Source: Chiloscyllium plagiosum (lineage: Eukaryota). Taken from it: 64,000 bases of DNA. Where the stretch lies: assembly GCF_004010195.1 (NCBI RefSeq), contig NC_057751.1, positions 15,182,597 through 15,246,596 of the forward strand. Reading direction: 5' to 3'. Positions 1 through 13,025 of the stretch are shown here, in pieces. A program made the position numbers and the translations under genes. Under the pieces are notes generated by a model that was given only the letters and a program-made list of their open reading frames with translations, was not told the DNA's origin and searched no databases. Numbering within the stretch: the stretch's first letter is position 1; each line of letters starts with the position of its first letter.

Positions 1-2789
1 CTTTGGTGAAGAGTGGACAGGAAAGCTTTCTTTTTAGGCAAAAGAATGATCAGAAACAGTCAAGTGGGAACATTCCCACTTTTGGTTAAATGTTTAGCAA
101 GGTGTTAGTCAGGTTTGTCATTGACTCCAGACCTACATCATGCTTTTACTTCCCAATATGTAGAGAACCAATATTAAGACTAAGGGATTAATCCTAGTAT
201 TCTTGATACTTTTCAATAAACTGGTGAATAGTATCATGTGCCACCACATCATTACCCTCATCACCAAAAGGGGGATTACATCTTTGATGTTAAATCAATC
301 AGATTGAATTGTGGGTCATAAAGTGGCAGATGATTTACTTAACAGAGGAATTGTAAATGGATAGGACCGAAATCAACATTGTGTATTCACAGTAGTATGC
401 CAACATTACTCCACTTTTCATTTGTTAATTCTGAAGGCAAATCGCCAAGTTATCTTTCAACATGACTAACTCCCTGAAAATAGTTGCTAATTTTTTGGAT
501 GTCAAAAAGCTGCCATTAAATCAGAGTAGTCCAAACTGTTTGCTGACTGACAACCTGGTTCAAGCAACTGAACTTAAATCCTAAGTCCGAGGCTACTGGC
601 AACAAAGCTGTGAGGCAAATCGTTGACGTTCCTGTTCAGTGAGCTCAGGTACCGCTGTCAATCCGCTTTTGTCATCCTAGGCTTGGCTTGTTTCTTGAAC
701 ATATTTTGAGATCTTTTGAAAACATGTTTGAACAAAAGTTATGAGCAAACTAATGTACTTTTAGTTACATAGATCAGCTGTTGTTTCACAGCTTCTTAGA
801 TTCTCAATGTTTATTGATCCTTCTGGTTCAGAAGCTTGAAAATAAAAAGCTTGGCCATTTAAATAGCAAATATTAATCGAAAAGTGTCAGAACTCTAATG
901 CTCATTCATTGGGTGGTAATTATCTTGACTGAAATTTTATATTTCTGAGAAATAATCAATAAAATTCAATGTTTATTTATCTGTACCATGGCCAATATAG
1001 AAATTCTGATGAAACTAACCTGTAAAAATATTCGTTATTGGGAAAAGTTTTTGGGTGAACAATTGTGAACCAAGCAAAAGCTTATGCCCTACGTTGTAAG
1101 ATATTTGATAATTTCCCAGTGAATTAATTCTCTCCAAATCTGGTGAGGCAAAGAAATTAAATAGTGAGAGGACGCCCTCTCCCTCGCACTGCCCTTTGTC
1201 ACAAAAGCAGACTTCAATATTGTGATCATAGTTGGAACTGGAAAGTAAATATAACAAGTTGGTTCCTCTCCATAACTATGTATAGAGGGCCTGGCACATA
1301 GTTTGAGGATTATTCACACATGTTTCATCTAATTACCTTGTAGAGGGTAATGACTCCCCAGTGCAGTGATGGTTACATTAATAATATGTCTGATTTCAAG
1401 CCCTACAATTTAACACATGGCAAAACATTCAGAAAATTTACTGCACCCCAAAGCAAACTTTCCACATGTTTAATAAATTACGAACTCGTGGGATTAATTC
1501 ACAAGACTTATTTATAACCTTGTGGCTTGGGCTGGTTGCTCACCGCAAAATGCTGGAGAAGTCCTTTGCTTCTATATTAAATTTATTTGAGATGCAGTGG
1601 TGGGAGAGCAGCTATGCCATTTAATTTTTATCATGCAATTGTTCAACTAATTTCCAATCTTGAAACTCAGTGTTTATTTTAAGTTTCCCAAGTTCCTCTC
1701 TTGCAGGTGCTAACACCTGCGAGTGGACAATCCCACAGTCTCTGTACCCACTATTTTTCATCCAGGTGGTCATTCTTCATATGCGAAGTTTATGTTGACA
1801 GGCTATTCAACTGCATCACAGTTAAGACAATGCAGTTCACTGCTGGCATCCTCATCTGAAACATTTTGTTTTTCCTACCTCCTCACCAAGTCACTTAATC
1901 GATATTAATCTCCTTGCCTTATCGGAGGAATTCCTTTGTTGAGGAATAGAAGAGGAATCTACAATGAATTGCTATTTATTGCTGCCTTCTTACCAGAGAA
2001 ACAACTCTGCTCCATTTGTAAGGGATAAAAAACAGGATATCACTAGCTACACTAGCCTGTGTAGTTCTCTAGTACTTGATGATCCATTCCCAGAATAATC
2101 TGCATTACCTCCAGATCCGCACTTTTCCTTCCTCCTTATATTAGGAAGGAAGACATTTCCTCTGTTTCATTTAGTCTGGTAAAATGATAGATTTTATATT
2201 TTTATATTTTTATAATTTTGCTACATCTTAAAGAATGATCTGTCTCCTCAATGATAGCCACTATTCTAACATACCTACCTTTCCATTTTCTGATCTGAAG
2301 GATATATACTTCAGTTCCCCAAAGCAGCCATTTCTTGTTTGAAATTTGTACCCTGACCTAGAATACAAACTCTTTGAACTTCCCACTCTTATTCATGATA
2401 GCAGTTTTATCTTGCTCTTTAACAGACTTCTCTGGCAAGATCCACAGATACTTCACAGAATTTTTCATTGCAAGTAGCAATGATAACTGAGACCTCAAGC
2501 ATAGTACTTAAATCTGCTCGCCCTGTGAGCTATTAAGTTGGGATGTGTAAAACCCAATAAACCAATTATATTTCTTGGCACTGATAATTGCCACAGGATT
2601 GAAACCAAATGATGTCTTTTGCAATGAAGGAGCAGAAGAGTATTTGCTTTTCAGAGTTGTAAAAACAATTTGGTTGGGCTCTTATACAAGCCAGATGGTA
2701 AGTAATTAAAAACTCATTGCCATTAAGTACTATATTTGCAGAAAACCAGAGCGAGATCACTTAGTGCAAAGCTGCGGTACAATTCAGGT

Positions 2790-3225
2790 GTAAGTCTCAA
2801 TTTAGTGGTATCATCCTTGCCTGTGTCAAAACGTTGTGCATTCAAGCTCCACTCTTTAAAAACGTGAGCACATAATTTCAGCTGATAATTTAGAAATGCA
2901 CCAAATCTGTGTCACACTACGGGAGGTGATTTCTTTAGAAAGAGAAACGATGGCCCAGTTTGCCCTTAAAAGATAGAAACTCAGAATCCCATATGGCACT
3001 TTTTATAGGAAAGCAGGGGGCGCTGTCTTGGTGGCTGGGCAAAATTTACCCCACTACTGTCATTACTAAAGTAAATTTGCTGGTGTACTATCTTGTGGAT
3101 GTTGAGGCCTTGCTGCAAACAATTTTTTTCTTTTTGCTACTTTTCTCCACATGACACACAAAATGTATCTTGCACTTCATTATGTCTCCAAAAGTACTGT
3201 CAAGACTGTAAAGCATTTTGGAGTT
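2790..3225 (+). mobile_element. Degraded Deu-domain SINE (SacSINE1-like)
   Basis: tRNA-like head, a central block resembling the Deu domain (atcccatatggcact...agcagggg...gggcaaaatttaccc) and 3' ctgtaaagcattttgg. Confidence 0.6.
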
Positions 3226-4465
3226 ACTTCCTTGATTATATTTTTGTGTAATGTGTTTTGCAGGAACATTTTTCAAATTACTTGTTGAATTGTTCATTTC
3301 ATAAGCAAAACTACTGAGCGCAGAGAGGGGACACAAATATTCTATCAGAGTCAGAAATGAGATTTAACTGGACTTCCTGGAATCCCAGCTAAAAGTCTGT
3401 CTGTAAAAGTGCCTTTAAGATTACAAATAAACAGTTCATTGGTAGTCAGTGCAGGTCCTTCTGTGTGGAAACTCATCTAGTATATTAAAAATAGCATTTA
3501 ATCTTGCATGCAAAAATGCTACACTGATATATTCCCTGATCTTCAATTACAAATGTTAAATGTTTTAAAAACTTTTGTTTTGATGTCGCATTTGATCATG
3601 AGAATTTTGATGGAAAAATAACAATAATCACAGTTCATCAGTCAATAGTTGTAATCATATCATACTGAGCCTGAATACAACTTGATGATAAGTCCAACCA
3701 AATTTTTTCTGCTTTAAGCTCCAAAGAAGCTATCTGCAAACTTAAGGTAGCGAGAAGTAAAGCAAGCTATAAGTAATATTTCCTTGTATTCGTGGAACAG
3801 CATTTCTGTTCGTGGTTGAACTTGCTTCACATTGGCTTTAGGAAATCAACTCACCCTTCTCCTTTTCATTGATCTGAGCTCAGCGTTCTGGGAAGCTTTT
3901 TATCCTATAATTTCAAAAGGACTGAAACCAATCATCACTTTCATGACAAAAGGTCAAGTGGGAAAGATAACCAGCCTCACCAATTTGACCTTCATGTGTA
4001 GCAAATGTGGATGTATGAGAGTGCAACTTTTGGAAATGGAATGGATTTGGGTGTCAGATCAACTATGATTCAGTATACCATGGAAAAGGTTGAAGGGGCT
4101 AAATCCAGTCTGTTATGCAGTTAGGCTCTGAACATCGAAGTATTAAAGGGGTACAGTCAAGTATTTTTAATGCAGAACCAAAATTTCTTTTTAAATCCAA
4201 TATTTTCTCACAACATGACTCCAAGCAGTGAATGTTTATATCAAATCACTCATACTCCATTGGAGATAAACCTTGTTACCTTATGCAGGGTTAAAGCAGT
4301 CCCGGCTATGGCCACTGATTGTGTTCAGTTATTTGTTTGTGATGAGTTGCAGTGTAGTATGATTATTTGGCCTCCAGGTTTCTCAGGTGAAGTGCAATAA
4401 AACTCAGACAACACCGAAATGATTGAAATCAAAAGTCGGTAGCCTTAGCTGGTCACACCTATTAC

Positions 4466-4633
4466 CTTTCCTCATTTGTGGTTTGTCGAGCTTTTCTTTT
4501 TGATTCTTCCGTCGAGTCTCCTTTATTTTTTGAGTCTTGGATTTCTTTGCCTTTTTGCCACCCTTTGTTTTCTGAGATTGTGAAGCCTCAGATGGCTTTT
4601 CTGCAGTCTGCCCTTCCGTTCGTGTGCATACAT
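4466..4633 (-). CDS. DKK4: Dickkopf-4 coding exon 3 (end of CRD1 plus basic linker), (D)VCTRTEGQTAEKPSEASQSQKTKGGKKAKKSKTQKIKETRRKNQKEKLDKPQMRK(G)
   Basis: Pyrimidine-rich acceptor (ctctctcttttag), donor gtaata, 168 nt open in phase 1 to 1. Joins exon 2 to give LN-DVCT and ends in RK-G just before CRD2, as in DKK4. Confidence 0.9.
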
Positions 4634-5672
4634 CTAAAAGAGAGAGAACAAAAGCTATCTGTCAGAAATTGCTAACAACTGCCCTACCACTCAATCCCAC
4701 ACCTTCCCCAGGGATCAATCTTCCCAAACAATTTCAGTATTCCACCATGAATTGTGTTCACAAAATAGGAAGGCTATTAAAACAAACTTTATTGTGTGAC
4801 ATTTAACAGTGGTAGGTGTAGATTTACGCAGGATGCAGCTGTATAAAAGCAGTGCCTTAGGCTAGTCGAGGGTGAGGGGAAAGCAGTTAAGATTAAAGAT
4901 ACTTTTCAAAGGTGTACTTCTGAGCAGATTTCTGATGAAATGTGAGTTGAGTTAAAGATTCTTAACTTTATACAGAATTTGACTTCACAAGAGGAGACAG
5001 CTAATTTCCTGTTGGATGAAGAACCAGATTGGCCGCATGAATTGTACTCAATTATTGCAAGTGTTCACTCACAAAAATTTGTAGACAGATCCTCTATATA
5101 TTTAACTAGCAAAGAATATTTTTCACACAGCAGTGTTCATTTCCTTTTTTTCAACACACACTTTCCCAGTAAGAAGGCCTTCTTCGCAGTGTGCCTTCTA
5201 ACGTAGCAGATAGTTGCTATGATTATTATTTTCCTGAGTTTCCTTTTTAATTCTCTCGCACAACAAATAACTCATGCTATGCACTTTTTCCTCCTTCTAA
5301 ATCACTGCTTCCCAAATGTTTAAATTCCTCAGAGTTTCTTTCCTCCAAGTTTTCCAACTTAACAGAGATTCTAGATTTTGTCTCCCTCCTTCTGAGGAAG
5401 TTGTGCTTTGTACCTTGCCTGGCAGACAGATGCAATAATTCAATGTCTAATCCTGTGTACATTGACATACAGTATTTGCAAGTACTGTACATTCTTTATT
5501 CTCAAATTTGCTGCACTTAACAAAAGGAAAGGACCATTTGATTGCGCAATCGTACAGCTGGGAATATATCCACTTGGAGTTTCTAATTTCCAATTACATG
5601 ACATTCAGTTTGCATTTTTAGCTCAATGTAACATTCTGCACTAGTGTGTGTGTGCATATAGTTTAAAGTGTA

Positions 5673-6118
5673 GTGGTGGAAAAGCACAGCAGGTCAGGTA
5701 GCATCCGAGGAGCAGGAAAATCAACNNNNNNNNNNNNNNNNNNNNNNNNNNNNNNNNNNNNNNNNNNNNNNNNNNNNNNCTTAGGTCTCTTTTATATCTT
5801 TCCCCTCTCAACCTAAACCTATGCCCTCTCGTTCTGGACTCCCCGATCCCAGGGAAAAAACTTTGTCTATTTATCCTATCCATGCCCCTCATAATTTTGT
5901 AAACCTCTATAAGGTCACCCCTCAGCCTCCGACACTCCAGGGAAAACAGCCTCTCCCTATAGCTCAAATCCTTCAACCCTGGGAACACCCTTGTAAATCT
6001 TTTCTGAACCCGAAACTTCGATTTTCCTGCTCCTCGGATGCTGCCTGACTTGCTGTGCTTTTCCAGCAGCACTCAAATCTAGACTCTGGTTTATGGTATC
6101 TGCAATCCTTGTTTTTAC
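5673..6118. mobile_element. Inverted pair of Penelope-like termini enclosing an assembly gap and a CR1 fragment (5780-6010, minus)
   Basis: 5673-5725 is the reverse complement of part of 6010-6075. A 15-bp direct repeat ATAGTTTAAAGTGTA sits at 5658-5672 and 6119-6133. Confidence 0.75.
5726..5779. other. Assembly gap (54 N)
   Basis: Run of N. Confidence 1.
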
Positions 6119-6403
6119 ATAGTTTAAAGTGTACCTGATCCCCAGTCACAGGTGGAAATGAATACATTCTTTATTTGAGATTGGGACAGAATATACGATG
6201 GATTGCATCTGGTGAATGGATCGCTCAGACAACATGCAGAGCCAAACAATGTTCTGTGGTACCTAACCTCACTCAGACTTTCCAGAGGTGGTCTGCATTG
6301 GGAAAGAAGTGTAAACACAATGTGAAAAATTTGCATAAAGGTTAGGGTGAACCCAAGACTTTATAACATAGGTGATGTCAGATATATGATTTTTAAGTAT
6401 CTT

Positions 6404-8177
6404 GGGCAGAATTTTAGCAGCGTCTGAGCATTGTGAGTGAGATTTGTCTCAGAATCAGATGAGAGATATCTCAAGGGCTAGATCAATGTCGGGAGCTTCA
6501 TCTTTTATGATTTTTGAAGCAGTGTGGTGACTTCCTCACTGGGCAGTGGTGAGTTGCCAATTAAGGAGGATTTTAGCCTGTTAAATGCCTTAGTAATGGT
6601 CCAAATCACACCATTAATATTCAGCTTCCTATCTTAGCAAATGTACCAAATAACCTAGACAGAGAGATGTCACACCTCATCAAATCTTCAGCTCGCTGTT
6701 TGCTCCAAAGGACTGCCACATAAGATGCCATGCATGCTCCTTGGGCTTTAGCCCACATACTCCATTTCTACAGACATTGGCATCCAACATGTGCTGGCTT
6801 CTAAGAGCTCTCATGACACATCTGTGATCCACTTATAGGATGCCTCTACATTTCAGTACTGCACCTCGGGCTGCAACAGCAGCTATCACCGTAAACATTT
6901 CTGCAAAGATGCTTTGTGCTTCAGGACATGAAGCCAGTTCATGGACTGCACCAGGCTGCATCTCTGGGCTCTCCATTTGTTGTCACAGCAGTCAATTACT
7001 GAACCTACCTAGATGCTCACAGCATCCTGCCTTGCATTGCTTTTCCTTGCTTTTATGCACTTTGGACCCTCAGTCAAAGGTATCAGGCTCTTATAACTTC
7101 TGTCTTGCTTTGCTGTTTAGTGCAGACATGAAGCGAGGAAGCTCCTGGTGGTTGTCAGCAGATCTCTTTCAATTTGAGGGATAACATTTGCTCAGATGTT
7201 CCCAGCAAAGTAAGTCAAGATCAGACTCTGCTATCCGTAAAAGGGAATTGATAACTGCCAGATACTTGAGACAGTCAGAATCAGAATGCTGTCCACATGT
7301 GGACAATGAGCAATGTCAGACAACCCACTACCGTTCATGACCATTCTTTTGCCTCACTGGGGACATTTTTCCACCTGGAGTGAGGGAGAGACAGGTATTA
7401 AAGGAGATGATAATGGGCAGCATAACCGTTACGTCTGGTGCAGATGTGGTGATATCCCAAGTGCGTGAGTAGCCAGCACAGAGGGTGTGTACCATTGGTG
7501 ATTCAGGTTGGGGTGGGGGACAGCAAGTGAGGGAAGATGTTTCAGTCAGTCATGGGAGTGGTAGGGCTTGAACCTTGGCAGGAAGTGGACACAGAAGCAG
7601 AAATAGAGTGAGTGAAAGGCTTCAGAAAGATGATGGTGGCACTTATGCTGGCAGAATGGAGAAGAGCATTGACCCTCTTTCTGCAGTGCGGAGCATTCCT
7701 CGATATGGCTGAGGCTGCACTGATCCAGGTGGCAACCTTTGACCAGACTGACATGGTCTGGGGTTGTGGCCTCAGCTGCTGGTGTTGGGGGAGGAGGAAC
7801 TCCAGTGTCTGCACCATTCACTGGGTCCCTTCTGCAAAACAAGGTGTCAGTTTTCTCCTGGCCGCCATGTCCGGGGCAAACATCGGGAATCGTGCAGGGT
7901 AGCTCTGTATGATTATGCTTGTCCAGGGACACAACATGTTTTCGATGATGGTGAGGGTGCAAGGTCTGCCTGCTGATCTTTTTAGTGAATAACCAACAAA
8001 TGGCAAGTTGTTCAGAGAATAGAGTGTGGTTCAATTGGATGAGAGGCATCCCATACTATGTTAATGAGGCACATTTGGTAAGATATGGTGGGACATCCTG
8101 CTGCGCCCTCATAGTGAGAATCCCTCCATAAAATTTTATTCAACTCGCCCTAGCCAAAAAAAAATAAAATTCAGCCC
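6404..8177 (-). mobile_element. PIF/Harbinger DNA transposon, non-autonomous, with a Myb/SANT-like ORF remnant
   Basis: TIRs GGGCAGAATTTT (6404-6415) and AAAATTCAGCCC (8166-8177), 11/12 match; 3-bp TSD CTT on both sides. Minus-strand peptide WSKVATWISAASAISRNAPHCRKRVNALL at ~7660-7760. Confidence 0.85.
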
Positions 8178-8999
8178 CTTGTATCATTCTCATTCCTCAG
8201 TTTGCTCAGAGATTTCAAAATTTTACACAATCAATACATTGCATGATATATTTGCAAAACCTAACTTTGTCTACCATGGTTGAAGCATCCAGAGTTTCAC
8301 TTTTCAGTTATATCTAGTGCTTCAAGCTATAGCCATCTTTCAGTTCTGTTTTCTGGAAGAATATAGGTATCATGGTCACAAAATATGTCCTTACAAGTGA
8401 TTGTTCCTATGAGTGGGATCGTGTAAGAAGACAGTCGTCTGAGTTTAGCAAGCTAAGACACACATGTTTTAAAAGACAAATTAGCTCCTTGCTCTCTATT
8501 GGTATTTGACATTTTTAAATTATTATAGTCTGCGTCACTCCCTATGGCAGTCCCTACAGATGTAGATGCTACCATCCAACAGGTTTTAGTAACATACCTA
8601 ATTAACTTTCTCCCTACTGAAAGCTTTCACTCCTTGGAGACACAGTACAATAAGGGACAGGCTTTGTTCAAGTACTTTGTTCAAATGTCACAGGGCTGAT
8701 TGCTCCATTCCCTTGTTTGAAGAACTAGAGTCAGTGGTAGCATTTTCATTACACCCTGGCTGAGATGAACTAGTTCATTAGGGATCAAAGCTGGCACTTT
8801 CCCAGAATGTATATTAATCTCTGGTTGCATGACTGCTGGAATGTTCATTCTTGCCAGCACCCTATTGAAAAAGGATTCTTTGCTGTGCACTGAACATTAG
8901 ACATTTTTATTTTTAATCTCCCCTTAGGTTTTGTCAAGCTGAAAGCCTATCTCTGACCTGTCAGCACTCACTCTCACTCACTCAGTATTTAGAACAACA

Positions 9000-9175
9000 T
9001 CTCTATTCCTTCATTATTGTTTATTCAAAAGTCTGGAACTCACTTCCCAACAGCATTGTGAGTGTAGCCACACTACACAGACCACATTGGTTCAAGAAGA
9101 TGGCTCCATCACCACCTGCTCATAAGCAATTTAGAACAAGGAATAAATTTTGGACTTTGCCATGAGCGATTCTTT
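9000..9175 (+). mobile_element. 3' end of a CR1/L2-clade LINE (same family as 24395-27345)
   Basis: ctggaactc...aacagcattgtg...ggttcaagaagatggctc...accacc...aataaa matches the tail at 27190-27340. Confidence 0.65.
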
Positions 9176-10179
9176 TTAAGAAACTAAACAAGGGAGAGCA
9201 GCCAGTGAAATTTTTAAGGGTGGGAGCTGAATTTGTAAATTGCTTTTTTTTAAAACAAGGAAGCTGGGAAATAAATCCCAAAACTATTAAATGACAGTAC
9301 GTACCCATTCATTTTCCCCTTTACTGAGCCAGTGTAACTCCTGCATCCTTAGAGGGACAGTGCTGAGTGCCAGTAGGCTCCTTCACAATGAGAAAGGCCG
9401 TACTAAGGCAGGACAATACTACTGCAGGTGGGGATAGTATTGAGTATCAGCTCAGCAATACAAAGAGAACTGTGCAATGTCAGGGGGCAATACTGAGAGA
9501 ATACTGCAATGTTGGAAAGCTATTACTCATTGAGTAAGCTTGAGATACTTATTGGACTGTACAGGACATACTGTATATGGCATTGGTGATTGACCTAACT
9601 GCACACAAAGATTGACTTTGAATTCAACTTCCATCTCTTTTCTTTGAGCCCTTTGAAGAACTCATTAAAATCATTCTTCGCTTGCCTACTTCAAAGGTAC
9701 ACATCACAGCTAAGACCTCATGAAGTATCAATTCTTGAGTCCTTTGAAAACAGTCCATTCACATAAACAACTACTTACTTCAAAGACGTTTCTCTCAACC
9801 AAGACTTCCTTATTTGACTCTTCTTGAATCTTTTGAGATGTAGGTTTGTTAACCATTTATCTATCTATCTATCTCATAATTAATAGCTCCCCTCTGCCTC
9901 TGTACTGAAGATGTACTTCAACCAGTCATGGCCAACATTGTCACAGTCACTTATTTTCTTGCACGAGTTTCTTGTTGATAACTAAGATTTGAAGCAGAAC
10001 ATAAGGCAAGCTTCCTTCTTTGCATTTCATTGTTGACATTGAATAGCCATTGCTTAAAGGCTCAAAGAAATTCAGTTATTAATCCTTAATTTAGCAAGAT
10101 GCTTAATATTGGCCACTTGGATCTTCGCAGCCTGAAAAGCAGATTTTCTTGAGGGTGTGCTTCAGTGTCAAGGAGAATT

Positions 10180-10570
10180 ACATGTAGCAGTCCATGCAAC
10201 AGTAGGTTAAATGGGTTCACATTTACGTTGAATGTTTACATTTGCAGTCCTTCCTTAGTTTTTTGGAGGAGCTGCTCTTTAATTTTTGGTTGCACTTCAG
10301 CCTCATGTTCCAGGTCTGTGAGCACCATGTGTGGGATGGGCAGGTCAGAGGGTGCCCTGTGGGCCTGTTTCTGGGCTTGACCAAAATGGCCGTGAACAGG
10401 ATCAGTCAGCGGGCCGTGGAGAAGTTATTGTAACTAACTGCCTGCCCATCTTTCACAGTTATGTCCACGCTTGGGTCCATTTAGAACATGTGGTGTCCAT
10501 CAGCATGGTTGGAGTGCAACATCACCTCAAACAATGTTATTTTAATTTAGTAAGTTTCTGTTAACTGCTA
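10180..10570 (+). mobile_element. Tx1/L1-clade LINE ORF2 C-terminal remnant
   Basis: Broken peptide GLFLGLTKMAVNRISQRAVE...CLPIFHSYVHAWVHLE resembles, from memory, the C-terminus of fish/shark Tx1-type ORF2. Confidence 0.55.
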
Positions 10571-10944
10571 GTTTGTAGTTCTCTTACAGCGCCCCACCAG
10601 GGCTGTTTAATCTCGTTTTAAGTTTGATTTAAAAGTGTTGGAGGCAATGCTGAGGAAATGTTAAAGCAAAGAGCTTCATTTATTGTCATGATATCATGCT
10701 ACAAATTTTCAGGGACATTTCTGGTCTATCTCCCTTTCACCTTTGCAAGGAGCACATTTGCTTCTCTATATACCTTTAATTTCCATGCTCCTTTTGCATG
10801 TTACCTATTGTTGTCTGAGTCACCATGTTTTACTTGCCCATGAAGAATTCTGTTAAAAGGCAAGGTTATTCCATTGTCCATAGAGCAAGGGAAAGGTGAA
10901 AATAGATGTGTCATATATCAGTCCTATGCTCAGCAGGAATTGGA

Positions 10945-11810
10945 GTAGACTCATAGGTGTTTGCAGCACAGGAGGAGGCCATTTGGTCCATCGTCTGCAT
11001 TAACAACAATTTCATTTTCCAGCAGTTGGAGATGATGGGAATTCAAATGAATATCTAAATATGGATTAAATCTTTGGTGAGTTTCTGTCTCAATCACCAT
11101 TTCAGATAGTGAGTTCCAGATTCTCACCACCCTTTGAGTGACAAAATTCTCTTAATTTTCCATTTAGCCTTTTACCTCTTAGCTAAATCTGTACCCTTGG
11201 TTATTAATACTTCTACGAGAGGTAAAGAAAAATGTGTTCTGTTTATGCCCTTCTTATCCTGTACCTTCTTATTTTATAAAGGTCACCGTCTCAACCTTCA
11301 TTGCTACAAGGAAAACAACTGCAGTCTCTCCAGTCTTTCTTCATAGTCCGCACTGCAGCCCACACAGCATCCTAGTAAATCTCATTTGTACCCTTTCTAG
11401 TGTAATCATCTGCTTCCTATAATGTGGTGACCAGAATCACATGCAGTATTACAGTTGTTTGCATAATCAGCATTTTATATAGTCTTAAGCATAACCTCCT
11501 TGATTTCGTATTCTATGCCTCAGCTAATGAATCTCATATACCTTTTTAACCAACTTACACTGTTGCCTTCAGGGAGCTGTGGATATGCACACAGAGGTCC
11601 TCTTGATCTTCCATACTTCCCAGGGTCCTACCATTTATTATTTTTCATTTGCCTGTTAGTCTTCCCCAAGTGTATTTCCTGACACCATTTCTGGGTTGAA
11701 TCACGTTTGCCATTGATTTTCTCACCTGACCAGTCCATCCGAGCACAGTTTGCAGCTATCCTTCTCAGTATTCACCAGCCTACCAATGTTTGTGTCATTA
11801 ATGTGGGATT
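10945..11810 (-). mobile_element. Old degraded CR1-type LINE 3' part
   Basis: Degenerate matches to the CR1 3' region (cagcacaggaggaggccatt; gtggtgaccagaat...atgcagtatt). Confidence 0.65.
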
Positions 11811-12269
11811 TGTCCTAACCATTTCATTGACTGTTGGTGAATTTACCAGTCATCAGTTTGCTGGAATGACACTGATTCCTTCTCCTCAGTCTGTGCTGCA
11901 TCATTTCAAAAGAAGATCTTGAACACAACATTGCTTAAGGCCATAAATGCATACAATGAGAAGGTGACACCAGATAAAATTTGGGATGCATTAATGCTAA
12001 TGTGCAGATGCTAAATGACAATGGATTCCTCTAGCATCAAAATAATATCTCTCAGAAACTAGCTATTCAGTTATGCTGTGGGATCTGAAGAGTAAGGTTT
12101 GTGTTTTGCATTAACGTCATTTGGAATAACCCAGCTTCACCACGGACTGACGACCCAGGAACATGTGCAGCCAGTTTGATTTGGAGTGAGCTTACATGAA
12201 GTGAGCTTGCATCAACAATTTGTGAAAGCTGTTTGGTGGAATATCATGCTGCTACTGTTTGATCCTTAC

Positions 12270-12420
12270 CATTTAAACAGTGGCTCCCTGAGCAGCACAT
12301 TTCATCACGTTGGCAGCGTCTCCTCAGCCCCCTGCAAGCAGTGCAGATGGGTTGGTCATGGCGGGAAGTGAGGCAGAAACTCCCAGGGCCACAATCAGGA
12401 TCTGCCAAACACTGAGACAC
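12270..12420 (-). CDS. DKK4: Dickkopf-4 coding exon 2 (cysteine-rich domain 1), VSQCLADPDCGPGSFCLTSRHDQPICTACRGLRRRCQRDEMCCSGSHCLN
   Basis: Not in the ORF track; translated by hand. Acceptor ttccccag, donor gtaagg, 151 nt, phase 0 to 1. Has the Dkk N-terminal Cys spacing and the CRGLRRRCQRD motif shared with human DKK4. Confidence 0.96.
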
Positions 12421-13025
12421 CTGGGGAATCGATGAAAAATATCATTTTAGTGAAAAGTTAGACTAGATCAGAGATTAATGCTTGTGAGACATTAACAGTA
12501 CAAGAAAGGGAGTTGGGGAGCCAGCAGTCTAATGTTACAAGAGAGTTATCATCCATACATTTCCATACACTTAAATACACCCAATACAGTCATACAGCAC
12601 AGAAACAGACCCTTCAGTCCAACTTGTCCATGCTAACCAAGTTTCCCAAACTAAGTTAGTCCCCTATTTTTGTCAACCTTTCCTAAACATGTGTTTGTCC
12701 AAATTTTTTTAATGTTGTAACTGTATTAATTTAGTGTATAAGTCCAGTGCAACGATGATATCAATCATTTTTGTCATTAAGTGAACAATAGAATGCATTG
12801 AAAAGGTTTCTTTAAATTATAATATGAATGGATATTGAGAAATATTAACAATTGTTAAATCATTAATCAATTTTAAAAATAATTTGACATAGAGCAGCAT
12901 CCTTGAATGGAACCACATCGAACAGCTTCAATATTCAGTGCGTTCACCACCCTATCAACGCGTTAAGATGAAGAGCCAAGGTTTATTTCCCAAGGGCAGG
13001 GTGTGCAAAACTAGAGGGCATAGTT

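Noticed and set aside
2692..2703. A second cagATGgtaagt string resembling the microexon
   Set aside because: Lies ~40 kb upstream of the VDAC3 promoter, with no adjacent pyrimidine tract and another AG immediately upstream. It shows the core string alone can occur by chance, unlike the full context at 51485.
2566..2760. Cys-containing minus-strand ORF ending CQEI-stop as candidate DKK4 last exon
   Set aside because: Lacks the CRD2 signature (CLR..DC...CCARHFW.KICKP). I found no such exon in 1-4465, so it must lie outside the window.
1..4400. POLB exons expected from human synteny
   Set aside because: No POLB-like peptide recognised; this region is still DKK4 intron 3.
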